Shown here piece by piece: positions 48,435-57,448 of a stretch of DNA of 64,000 bases. The position numbers and the translations under genes are program-made. Source of the stretch: Candidatus Dormiibacterota bacterium (GTDB lineage Bacteria > Chloroflexota > Dormibacteria > Aeolococcales > Bog-877); assembly GCA_027306595.1 (NCBI GenBank), contig DAHUZI010000111.1, positions 25,783-89,782 of the forward strand. The letters run 5' to 3'. The notes below the pieces were generated by a model. The model did no database searches. It was not told where the DNA came from and saw nothing but the letters and a program-made list of their open reading frames with translations. Position 1 is the stretch's first letter; each line of letters begins with the position of its first letter.

Positions 48435-49494
48435 GAGCCGCCATCCGTCCAGGATGAAGAGTCGGGCTAGTCCGTGGCGGGTTGAGGGCGCGCAGGAACG
48501 CTGGCGCTCCAGACCCTCTCCGGGCATCTTTCGCGGACAAGCCCACGCGGCGGAGCGCCGAAACATGGGTGCAGCCTACGCGGGACGCCCAGGGCCCTGT
48601 CAACTTGAATCGGGATGATCGAGGGCGGCCTCGACCGTCCGGCCCGGTGACGGCGGTGGGTCGATCCACGCAGCGGCCCACTCAGCCCTGCTCTGCGCCA
48701 CCCCTGGCCCCTCACCTCTCCCCACCGTGGCTAGACATCGATCCCGGTCGAAGGCGACGCCGCTGTCGCAGCCCAGAGCGAGACGATCGCCAGCGGTGCT
48801 CGCAAGTCGACGCAGTCGGAGCCGCCGAGGTGAGGCCGGTTGAACGACGGCGCCTGTTGGTCTGGCTCCACGTCCGTCAGCCACGGGGGGCAGGCATGCG
48901 AGGCACCGGGAACGTTCCCGACCGACGTGTCGTGGCGCGGTCGGGCGCCATCACCGGTCGCGGAGGCGGAAATGTCGAGCTGGACCCCAGAGCAGCCCGT
49001 ATGGCCAGACACTCGGCCTCTTCTCGCAAGCCGGGGTGCAGCCCTTGGTCGGAGCCCGACCGGACCGCTTCGGTCCGCCCCCTGGGATTCGCGGTGTCCC
49101 TCGACCGCACGATCTTGTCACCGCCCACTGGGACTGCTTCGCGACCGCTGACGGCGGACACTCCCGGCGCGATCCCAGCGGTGCGCAGACCCTCGGCGCG
49201 GCGGTGACGGCGATGCCGCACGAGTCCCCAGAACCAACCCCGCCGCCGGAATGGGTCGAGTCCGACAGGGCATTGGTGGCGGCATCGGTCATCGCTCCCG
49301 CTGGCACCGTCGCCCAGGCGGGACGGTGCGGGAAGCGGGCCGTGGACCCAGCCAAAGGTCCCGGAACAGCCCGCCCCTCGGGGGCCGTCAATGGCGACGC
49401 CTCCGTTGCCGATGATGGCGGGGGCCCGCTTCAGCCTGACCCTTCGCGATCGTGAGCGCCCTACCCGGCCGCGCGACTTCAATCCGGCACACGC

Positions 49495-50424
49495 CTACTC
49501 GCGGAAGAGGGCCTGCCGGTGCCACTCCAGATGCTCGCGCGCAGGGCGCTCCTCGCGAAGCCGCGGGGGGCGCAGTTCTAGGCCGGCCAGGGAGTAGTAG
49601 TCGCGGCCGTTCTCCCAGTCGTTCCGAAGTTGCGGACTGACCAAGAGGCGGTGCGTCGGCGGGTCGATCCCAATGTAGCCCCGGTCGAAGAGCGTGTGCA
49701 CGTCGGACCGCAGCAGGAGCCCATTGCGGACGTCGTGCGGACCACCCTGGGTCGCGGGCCGAATGTGGCAGGCCTCGAGCACCGGCAGGACGCGCTCGCC
49801 GGTGACGGCGCAGCGACGAGCGTACACGTCGGTCACGAGCGCTCGGAAGGCATGCTGGCCGAGCCGGCGGAACGCCCGTGCCTCTCGAAACTGGACAGAG
49901 CCCAGGTCCGGGTGGAGCCCGGCTGCCAGCTCCGCCGACGTGCGACCCAATCGATCGTGGATTGCCTCCCAGAGTCTGCGCCCGATTCCGACATCGGTGT
50001 CATAGACCTTGCCCCGGACGATGTTCCGTGACCAGTCGGTCGGCTCCCCTATCCAATCGTCGTTGGGGAAGAAGACTGGGTCGCGGAGCAGGACGCATCC
50101 GACCTCGTCCCGCTCGGGGACGACTCGACTCCGACGGTACTTCGCCATCCGCTCCATCAGCTCGGGCAGTGAACCCGTCCCGTTGGCTTCCCCGAAGGTG
50201 GTCCAGGCCCCGATCAGCGGTAGTCGGCAGTAGCCTTGGTACCAGGCCACGCCCGCGATCCGGAAGCGGGGTGCGTGGAGCTTGAAGACGAACGGCTCTC
50301 CGGGTCCAAGCGCCTTGAAGCCCATCTCTGCCGATGGGAACCAGAAGTTGACCTCGTCCAGCTCGGGGCGCTCCCGGAGGAAGCGGAACCAGTCCCAATC
50401 GGTGACCGCCACGAACACGCGCAT
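49495..50424 (-). CDS. HNH_2-type nuclease with an uncharacterised N-terminal domain (candidate modification-dependent/type IV restriction enzyme)
   Basis: The C-terminal RRCAVTGERVLPVLEACHIRP..GGPHDVRNGLLLRSDVHTLFDRGYIGIDP is the HNH_2 pattern. The N-terminal MRVFVAVTDWDWFRFL..DEVNFWFPS..PGEPFVFKLH.. recurs in proteins annotated as putative restriction endonucleases. Confidence 0.85.
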   Translation of the reverse strand: MRVFVAVTDWDWFRFLRERPELDEVNFWFPSAEMGFKALGPGEPFVFKLHAPRFRIAGVAWYQGYCRLPLIGAWTTFGEANGTGSLPELMERMAKYRRSRVVPERDEVGCVLLRDPVFFPNDDWIGEPTDWSRNIVRGKVYDTDVGIGRRLWEAIHDRLGRTSAELAAGLHPDLGSVQFREARAFRRLGQHAFRALVTDVYARRCAVTGERVLPVLEACHIRPATQGGPHDVRNGLLLRSDVHTLFDRGYIGIDPPTHRLLVSPQLRNDWENGRDYYSLAGLELRPPRLREERPAREHLEWHRQALFRE

Positions 50425-51874
50425 CGGCGATGCCGTCAGCGCACCGAGGGCCAGTCCGGGACGGTCGAGGTGAGTCGTGCGGGCTCAAGGAACGACCCCT
50501 CAGCGCCGAGGGCGGCGCCGTCCAGACGCGACCACGCCGGGTCCGGCGTCGGCACCGAACCTTCAAGGGGGCCGGCTTGCGCCGAGCCCGCCCGGACACG
50601 CAGGGAGGGGACCGGCGGCGTTTGGGCACGCGACCCACAGCAGCGCCCGTCAGTGGCCGCCAGCCGATTCCACGTCCCGGCGCCCGGCGCGAACCGTCGC
50701 CATGGACAGGATGGGCAGCGGTCCGGAGTGGGATGCGGATCGGCGTCCGCCGCCAGTGGCACGCCAAGTGAGAACATGACTCGCTGAGCGGCGCCTGGTC
50801 CTCGGCGACCTTGGCAGGGGCGAAAGCCTTCTCGGGCCAATGGGGTGGTCGACCGCAGCCGCAGGTGGCCGGCGCTGGAGATGGGCGATACCGCAGCAGC
50901 GCCGACCCTGTCGGCCGCGCCGCAGTCCGCGCGGGTGGGCGGGCGGTGTGCAGTCCGAGACCAGCCGGTCGGCTGGGGATCGCGATGGGCGCACCGGGCC
51001 TCGCGCGGTGCCGCCGTCTCCCGTACCAGGGCTGGCCCGGCACCCCGGTCCGAGGCTTCTGCCGGTGGCCGCCGGGATGCACCCCACCGGCCGGGGCGCG
51101 ACGCGCAATCCTCAAGGATGAGATGCCCCTCCCGAGAGCGGACCGCGGGCTCGATCCGGGTCGGTGGATGATTCTCCCTCCGAAGGCGGCCCAGGGTCAT
51201 GATCGGCCGCGGCGGGCCATCCCGGCATCCCGAGTCTGTGGAGCGGCCCCCAAAACCGAAAGCTCCTCCGATCGAATCATGTCGGGTGGTACTCCACGCG
51301 GTCGCCGGGCTCCCCGGGGGGCTCGCGGGCGCCCCGATCGAGCCGCCAGTCGGGCCATGGTGAGCCCTTCGGGGCGATTCGGGCTCGGCCGCTGCGACCT
51401 GTGCCGGCCCTCCCGGTCCCAGGGGGTGCGCACGGCGCGCTCGCCCCCCGCGGCCTGGCTGCCCGGGCGCCGGCACCCCGGTCGGCCTGTGCTCCGCGTC
51501 GATGGGCGCTGCGACGCGGGGGTCGAGACCGCGCGCTCGGACACCACCCGGCAGACGGGCACCGTCGAGGTCGCCGGCCAACAGACGAGCGACTCATGGC
51601 TCGCGTCCGGTCGCCGGAGGGCGGCACCACCCACCGCCGAGCCCCGGCACAAGTGGGCTACTGAGCCGATCAACGCCTGGCTGCCGCCAGCGGCGGTGCA
51701 CGCGCTGGAGCGGGTTGCCGAACCAGGTCAGCTCCCGGATGGGGCCCCTCCCGCCGGCCCGGCCCAGTCCGTCAGCTCGCCGTCACCGGTTCTCAGGCTC
51801 CTCTCAGCTTGTTTTGGCGAGCTGCCGTCTACGCTCGCGCCCACCAAGCTCGGCCCGCTGACCAAGGAGCCCTC

Positions 51875-52459
51875 ATGAAGCGCCTCGCGATCGCGATCAC
51901 CCTCGCCGCGGCCGTGTGCACGGCCGGTCTGGCCGCCAGCAGCACCTTCGCCACCGCCGCGCCGCTCCACCGGCACAGCTGGGGTTCGGACGGCGGGCCC
52001 TCCGCCCCTTGGAGGTATGGACGCCACGATGGCGCCGTCGTCGGTACCTTCTCCAGCTACACCAGCAGCGGGGGCTCCGTCACGCCAGCTTCTGGCGCCC
52101 TCACCGTGACGACCCCAGGCGGCACCAGCCTCACCTTCACCATCGATAACCTGACGCGGGTGGTCCAGGGGGGCGAGCCAGGCTTCGAGGAGACGAGCCC
52201 ACCGCCGAGCTCCAGCCCGAGTTCCAGCCCGAGCTCCAGCCCGTCGGTGTCGCCCACCCCCTCGAGCGCCCTCCTGAGCGGCCTCACCTCGGGGACGCGG
52301 CTTCGCATCACCGGTGAGGTCATCAATCTCGATCCCACCACGTACCTGGCGGTGCGGGTCATGATCCTGCCGGCGGTTCCCACGTCCGGGACGACCCCGT
52401 ACGCGGGATCGTCGGGGAGTGGGGCCGGGGGCCGCGACCACCACGCCACCCTTCGGTAG
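51875..52459 (+). CDS. secreted hypothetical protein with an (SSSP)n linker
   Basis: ATG 51875. It has a signal peptide (MKRLAIAITLAAAVCTAGLAASSTFATAAP), a Ser/Thr/Gly-rich body and an SSSPSSSPSSSP linker. No family was recognised. Confidence 0.55.
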   Translation: MKRLAIAITLAAAVCTAGLAASSTFATAAPLHRHSWGSDGGPSAPWRYGRHDGAVVGTFSSYTSSGGSVTPASGALTVTTPGGTSLTFTIDNLTRVVQGGEPGFEETSPPPSSSPSSSPSSSPSVSPTPSSALLSGLTSGTRLRITGEVINLDPTTYLAVRVMILPAVPTSGTTPYAGSSGSGAGGRDHHATLR

Positions 52460-52691
52460 GGTCGCGCCCGGCTCTCCCGCGAGGTGGGCGGGAGCTGGGG
52501 CGCCCCGGGCCAGGGCGGCGGCCGAGCGCCCCGCCCGCCCGCCTCGACTCCCGTAGAGTTCACTCCGGCGCCGGCCCCGGCGCCCCGGGCGACCCGACCC
52601 CGTGGAGGCTGCCGCCGGCCATGCCCGCGCGATCCGCCCGCCCGCCCGCCGTGCCATCCCGGACGGCGGGCCCCGGTCCGCGGCCACCCGC

Positions 52692-53438
52692 GTGACCCGG
52701 ATCCGAGTGGCGCTGCTCGCCACCTGCCTGGTCGACACCCTGTTCCCCGACGTCGGCCGGGCCACCGTCCGCCTCCTTGAGCGTCTCGGGGTCGACGTGG
52801 ACTTCCCCAGCGGGCAGGCGTGCTGCGGGCAGATGCACGTCAACGCCGGGTACCCCGAGCAGGCGCTCGCGATCATCCGCAACCACGTCGCCGCCTTCTC
52901 GGGGGCGGAGCTCGTCGTGGCCCCGTCCGGGTCCTGCGTGGGCGCCGTCCGTCACCAGCAGGCGAGGGTCGCGCGCCAGGCTGGCGACCTCGCCCTGGCC
53001 CGCGACGCCGAGGCGCTGGCCGCCCGCACCCTCGAGCTCACCGAGCTGCTGGTGGATGTGCTGGCGATCGAGGACGTCGGCGCCCGCTTCCCCCATCGCG
53101 TCACCTATCATCCGACGTGCCACGCCCTGCGGCTCCTGCGAGTGGGGGACCGGCCGCGGCGGCTCCTCAGCCGGGTGCGCGGCCTCGAGCTGGTCGAGCT
53201 CGGCGACGCCGAGGTCTGCTGCGGCTTCGGCGGCACCTTTTCCGTCGCCAACCCCGACGTCTCGGCCGCCATGCTCGGGGACAAGCTCTCCAGGGTGTTG
53301 GCGACCGGAGCCGAGGTGGTCACGGCCGTTGACGTCTCCTGTCTCATGCACATCGCGGGCGGGCTGTCACGGCTCCGCACCGGGGTCCGTGCGATGCATC
53401 TGGCGGAGATCCTCGCCACCACCGGCGACGGGCCATGA
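52692..53438 (+). CDS. lutA: lactate utilisation protein A, (Fe-S) CCG-domain oxidoreductase
   Basis: (V)TRIRVALLATCLVDTLFPDVG..SGQACCGQ..EVCCGFGG contains two CCG motifs. GTG 52692 is preferred over the track start 52602. Confidence 0.85.
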   Translation: MTRIRVALLATCLVDTLFPDVGRATVRLLERLGVDVDFPSGQACCGQMHVNAGYPEQALAIIRNHVAAFSGAELVVAPSGSCVGAVRHQQARVARQAGDLALARDAEALAARTLELTELLVDVLAIEDVGARFPHRVTYHPTCHALRLLRVGDRPRRLLSRVRGLELVELGDAEVCCGFGGTFSVANPDVSAAMLGDKLSRVLATGAEVVTAVDVSCLMHIAGGLSRLRTGVRAMHLAEILATTGDGP

Positions 53439-54895
53439 GCGCCGGCGGTCCTGCGGGCCGCAGCGGCGCTCATGGCCCCCTGCGGGGCCGCGAGCCGTTC
53501 CCCGACGCGGCGCGGCGGGCGCTGGCCGACACCCAGCTCCGGCAGAACCTGGCGAGGGCGACCCGCACCATCCGGGCCCGGCGCGCGGAGGTCGTCGGAG
53601 AGGTGCCCGACTGGGAGGCGCTGCGGGAGGCGGGGCGCGCGATCCGAGCCGAGGCCACCCAGCGGCTCCCGGAGCTGCTGGAAACGCTGGAGGCCCAGGT
53701 GGTGGCGAGGGGCGGCACCGTGCACTGGGCGCGCGACGCGGCCGAGGCGACGCGGGTCGTGGTCAACTGCGTGCAGGCCACCGGCGCCCGCGAGGTCCTC
53801 AAGGTCAAGTCGATGACGACCCAGGAGATCGGCCTCAACACAGCGCTCGAGCGGGCCGGAATCCGCCCGGTCGAGACCGACCTCGCCGAGCTCATCGTCC
53901 AGCTTGCGGGGGACACCCCCAGCCACATCGTGGTGCCCGCGATCCACCGCAACCGCGAGGAGATCCGTCAGCTCTTCCGGCAGCACCTACCCGAGGCCCC
54001 GGCAGCGCTGGGGGACGACCCACAGGAGCTGGCGGCGGTGGCGCGACGGCACCTTCGCCAGAAGTTCCTTCGCGCCCCGGTGGCGATCTCGGGCGTCAAC
54101 TTCGCGGTAGCGGAGACGGGGACCCTGGTCGTGGTCGAGTCGGAGGGGAACGGACGGATGTGCCTCACCCTTCCGTCGACCCTCGTCACGGTGATGGGGA
54201 TCGAGAAGGTGATCCCCCGCTGGCGAGACCTCGACGTCCTTCTCCAGCTCCTGCCGCGCTCGGCGACTGGGGAGCGCATGAACCCGTACACGTCGATGTG
54301 GACCGGCGTCACCCCCGGGGACGGCCCCCAGACCTTCCATCTCGTCCTGGTGGACGGCGGGCGCAGCCGAGCGCTCGCCGACCCGATCGGCCGCGAGGCG
54401 CTGCGCTGCATCCGCTGCTCGGCCTGCCTCAACGTGTGCCCGGTGTTCGAACGGGTCGGCGGCCACGCGTACGGGTCGGTCTATCCCGGCCCCATCGGGG
54501 CCATCCTCACCCCCCAGCTGACCGGCCGGCCGGGCGATCGGGTCACGGGATCGCTCCCCTTCGCCTCCACCCTCTGCGGGGCCTGCCTCGACGCGTGCCC
54601 GGTCCTCATCGACATCCCGCAGCTGCTCGTGCACCTGCGCGGGGTGGCACGGGCCGGTGCCCGGCAGGGGCGGCGCCCGCCGTCTCCGTCCACCCTCGCC
54701 ATGGGCGCGGCGGCCTGGGTGATGGCCGACGGCTCGCGCCTCGGGTGGGCAGGGCGGGCGGCAAGGCTCGGCCGCCGGCTCCCCGCCGCCGGGCTGCCGC
54801 CGCTCGCTCGCTGGCTGCGCACCCGCGACCTCCCGACCCCACCGCCGGAGACCTTCCGGGCGTGGTGGGCGCGGACCCGGCGCGGCCGGTCGTGA
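53435..54895 (+). CDS. lutB: lactate utilisation protein B, 4Fe-4S ferredoxin-type subunit
   Basis: CIRCSACLNVCPV and LCGACLDACPV clusters are present. An LUD-domain N-terminal half is present (AETGTLVVVESEGNGRM). The ATG overlaps the lutA stop (ATGA). Confidence 0.9.
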   Translation: MSAGGPAGRSGAHGPLRGREPFPDAARRALADTQLRQNLARATRTIRARRAEVVGEVPDWEALREAGRAIRAEATQRLPELLETLEAQVVARGGTVHWARDAAEATRVVVNCVQATGAREVLKVKSMTTQEIGLNTALERAGIRPVETDLAELIVQLAGDTPSHIVVPAIHRNREEIRQLFRQHLPEAPAALGDDPQELAAVARRHLRQKFLRAPVAISGVNFAVAETGTLVVVESEGNGRMCLTLPSTLVTVMGIEKVIPRWRDLDVLLQLLPRSATGERMNPYTSMWTGVTPGDGPQTFHLVLVDGGRSRALADPIGREALRCIRCSACLNVCPVFERVGGHAYGSVYPGPIGAILTPQLTGRPGDRVTGSLPFASTLCGACLDACPVLIDIPQLLVHLRGVARAGARQGRRPPSPSTLAMGAAAWVMADGSRLGWAGRAARLGRRLPAAGLPPLARWLRTRDLPTPPPETFRAWWARTRRGRS

Positions 54896-55515
54896 ACGCC
54901 CGCACCGTCGTGCTGGGCCGTCTGCGGCGCGCCCTCCAGCCCGGGGTGGTGCCGGAGCCGATCGTGCGGGCGTACCGCCAGGCGGGCCCCAGTCCGCCGG
55001 GCGCCCCGGCGCTCCTCGACCGGCTCCAGGCCCGGCTCCTCGACCTGGGCGCCGGCGTGCGGCGGACGGCGCCGGATACGGTGGCGGAGGTGATCGCCGC
55101 GCTGCTGGCGGCGCGGGGCGCGACCACCGTCGTGGTCCCAGCCGGCCTCCCGCGGACCTTCGTTCCGGGCGCCGTCGTCGATGCGGCCGATCGGCCCGCC
55201 CCCACCCTCGACCAGGTGGACCTGGTCGTGACCGGGTGCGCGGTCGCCATCGCCGAAACCGGGACCCTGGTCCTGGACGGCTCGCCCGATCAGGGCCGGC
55301 GGGCGCTCACCCTGGTGCCCGACTGGCACATCGCGGTCGTGGCGGCGGCGCGCGTGGTCGAGACCCTGCCCGAGGCGATCGCCCGGCTGGATCCGACCCG
55401 ACCGCTCACGTTCATCAGCGGGCCCTCGGCCACCAGCGACATCGAGTTCCGCCGGGTGGAGGGGGTCCACGGCCCCCGCACCCTGGACGTCATCCTGGTC
55501 ACGACCGGCGGGTGA
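54892..55515 (+). CDS. lutC: lactate utilisation protein C (LUD domain)
   Basis: GTG 54892 overlaps the lutB stop (GTGA). ..VTGCAVAIAETGTLVLDGSPDQGRRALTLVPDWHIAVV..FISGPSATSDIE is present. Confidence 0.8.
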   Translation: MNARTVVLGRLRRALQPGVVPEPIVRAYRQAGPSPPGAPALLDRLQARLLDLGAGVRRTAPDTVAEVIAALLAARGATTVVVPAGLPRTFVPGAVVDAADRPAPTLDQVDLVVTGCAVAIAETGTLVLDGSPDQGRRALTLVPDWHIAVVAAARVVETLPEAIARLDPTRPLTFISGPSATSDIEFRRVEGVHGPRTLDVILVTTGG

Positions 55516-56902
55516 GGCGCGGGCCGCCGACCCCTGGGGCCTCGAGCGACCCCGCGCCGCGCAGATGCCGTTGGAACCACTCGGCGGCCAGCCGCGCCAC
55601 CTCGTCGAGCGCCCCCGGCTCCTCGAAGAGGTGGGTCGCCCCGGGGACGATGGCGAGGGCCGACGGTCCCGCGAGCCGCTGCCGGGCCAGCCGGTTGAGC
55701 CGAAGCACCTCCTGGTCGAGGCTCCCGACGATCAGGAGCGTCGGCGCCCGGACCGCCGCCAGGGCCGATCCCGCCAGATCGGGGCGGCCGCCCCGCGAGA
55801 CGATCGCCCGGATCCGCTGGGGATCCGCCGCCGCCGCCACGAGGGCGGCCGCCGCCCCGGTGCTGGCGCCGAAGACCCCGCACGGAAGGTCCGGCCGCAC
55901 CGTCGCCAGCCAGTCCACCCCCCACCCGACGCGCTCGGCCAGCTTGGGGATGTCGAAGCGCAGGTGGCCGGTCAGGCGGTCGACCACCTCCTCGGCGGGG
56001 CTGAGGAGGTCGAGGAGGAGCGTGGCCAGGCCACCGGCGTTGAGGCGGGCCGCGACCCCCAGGTTGCGCGGGCTCCGACGACTGCTCCCGCTGCCGTGGG
56101 CAAAGCAGACCGCCCCGGTGGCGCCCTCCGGCACGGCCCAGCTCGCGACCAGGGACGGCCCGGCCGGCCGGCCGGGCAGCTCGACCTCGCCCATCTCGAC
56201 CGGGGCGCGGGCGGTCGGCCCGCCCACGGGCCGCGCTGGATCGCGCGCGGCCGCCGCGGCCAGAAGGCGGTGGATGGCGTCGTCGCTCGGCGGCGCGAAC
56301 TCTCGATAGTGGCTGCCCACCGACAGGAACGGGATGGGGGTGTGGAGACAGACGAACTCGTCCACCAGCGGTGCGAGCTCCCGACGGGCCTCGGCCGGCG
56401 CCACTGGGACCGCGGCCACCACCCGGCGCGCTCCAGCCACCCGCGCGGCCCGAAGGGCCGCGCGCATCGTCGACCCGGTGGCGATCCCGTCGTCGACCAC
56501 CACCGCCACCCGCTCCCGGAGGTCGACCGCTGGGCGGTCGCCGCGGTACAGGCGTTCGCGCGCCTCGAGGACCTCGCGCTCCCGCTCGACGATGGCGGCG
56601 AGGACGCCCTCCTGCAGGCGGACCTCGTCCAGGACCTGCTGGTTGCGGACGACGATCCCGCCCGAGGCGAGGGCACCGATCGCCAGCTCCGGTTGGCCCG
56701 GCAATCCGAGCTTGCGAACGACCAGGACATCCAGGGGAGCGTGGAGCGCGCGCGCGACCGCGTCCGCGACCGTCAGCCCGCCTCGAGGCAGCCCCAACAC
56801 GACCAGGCCGGCCTCTCCCCGCAGGCCGGCCAGCGCGGCGCCCAGCCGGCGACCCGCCTCGGATCGATCAGCGAAGATCGGCCACCACCCGGTACCGTGC
56901 AC
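55499..56902 (-). CDS. fusion: phosphoribosyltransferase domain plus dienelactone-hydrolase-like alpha/beta hydrolase
   Basis: The N-terminal half FADRSEAGRRLG..VLGLPRGG..VAVVVDDGIATGSTM matches a PRTase. The C-terminal half AVCFAHGSGSSRRSPRN..GASTGAAAAL..PGATHLFEEPGAL matches a DLH-like hydrolase. The start is GTG 56902. Confidence 0.8.
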   Translation of the reverse strand: MHGTGWWPIFADRSEAGRRLGAALAGLRGEAGLVVLGLPRGGLTVADAVARALHAPLDVLVVRKLGLPGQPELAIGALASGGIVVRNQQVLDEVRLQEGVLAAIVEREREVLEARERLYRGDRPAVDLRERVAVVVDDGIATGSTMRAALRAARVAGARRVVAAVPVAPAEARRELAPLVDEFVCLHTPIPFLSVGSHYREFAPPSDDAIHRLLAAAAARDPARPVGGPTARAPVEMGEVELPGRPAGPSLVASWAVPEGATGAVCFAHGSGSSRRSPRNLGVAARLNAGGLATLLLDLLSPAEEVVDRLTGHLRFDIPKLAERVGWGVDWLATVRPDLPCGVFGASTGAAAALVAAAADPQRIRAIVSRGGRPDLAGSALAAVRAPTLLIVGSLDQEVLRLNRLARQRLAGPSALAIVPGATHLFEEPGALDEVARLAAEWFQRHLRGAGSLEAPGVGGPRLTRRS

Positions 56903-56911
56903 ACCACCACG

Positions 56912-57448
56912 ATGCCGCGCGGGCGGGGGCTGCGCATCGGGGGAATCGACGGGGCGCCGCGCGCGCGCCCCAGGGCCATCTCGGAGGGCACGACGACGGG
57001 GAGGCCCAGGGCGCGAGCCTTCGAGCCGGCCACCGGCCACCGGGTCCTTCCCCACACCGCCGATGTGATCCTCGAGGCCTGGGGACCCGATCGCCGCACC
57101 TGCCTGGCGGAGGCGGTGCTCGCCCTGGTCGGCATCTTCGCCGCCCCGCTGCCGGGCGCGGTCGCCTCCCGAATGGAGCGGACGATCCCCCCGGGCGGCG
57201 GGCCGGCCGAGCTCCTCGTCGGCCTGCTCGAGGAGGTGATCTACCTCGCCGAGGTGGAGGGCGTCGTCCCCCGCGCCGTGACCGTGGATGACGACCGGGC
57301 ATCCGGGGGGCTGCGCGCCGCGCTGACCGTGGTGCCCCTGGCGGACGCCGAGCGCACCGGCCCGGCCCCCAAGGGCATCGCCCGCCACGCACTCGAGTTC
57401 GCGGGCGGCGCGCGCGGCTGGCGGTGCCGGGTCGTGGTCGACGTCTGA
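56912..57448 (+). CDS. archease (RtcB activator)
   Basis: ..LPHTADVILEAWGPDRRTCLAEAV..LLEEVIYLAE..KGIARHALEF.. is present. The end is secure. The only canonical in-frame start is ATG 56912, which gives an N-terminal extension of about 40 aa (see finding). Confidence 0.7.
   Translation: MPRGRGLRIGGIDGAPRARPRAISEGTTTGRPRARAFEPATGHRVLPHTADVILEAWGPDRRTCLAEAVLALVGIFAAPLPGAVASRMERTIPPGGGPAELLVGLLEEVIYLAEVEGVVPRAVTVDDDRASGGLRAALTVVPLADAERTGPAPKGIARHALEFAGGARGWRCRVVVDV

Noticed and set aside
51014-51023. A possible att-type direct repeat of the tRNA-Gly 3' end that would delimit an integrated island.
   Set aside because: Only a 10-nt match (CCGTCTCCCG, versus tRNA positions about 46199-46208) with no extension on either side. 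This is expected by chance in 64 kb of GC-rich DNA, and no integrase gene is present.
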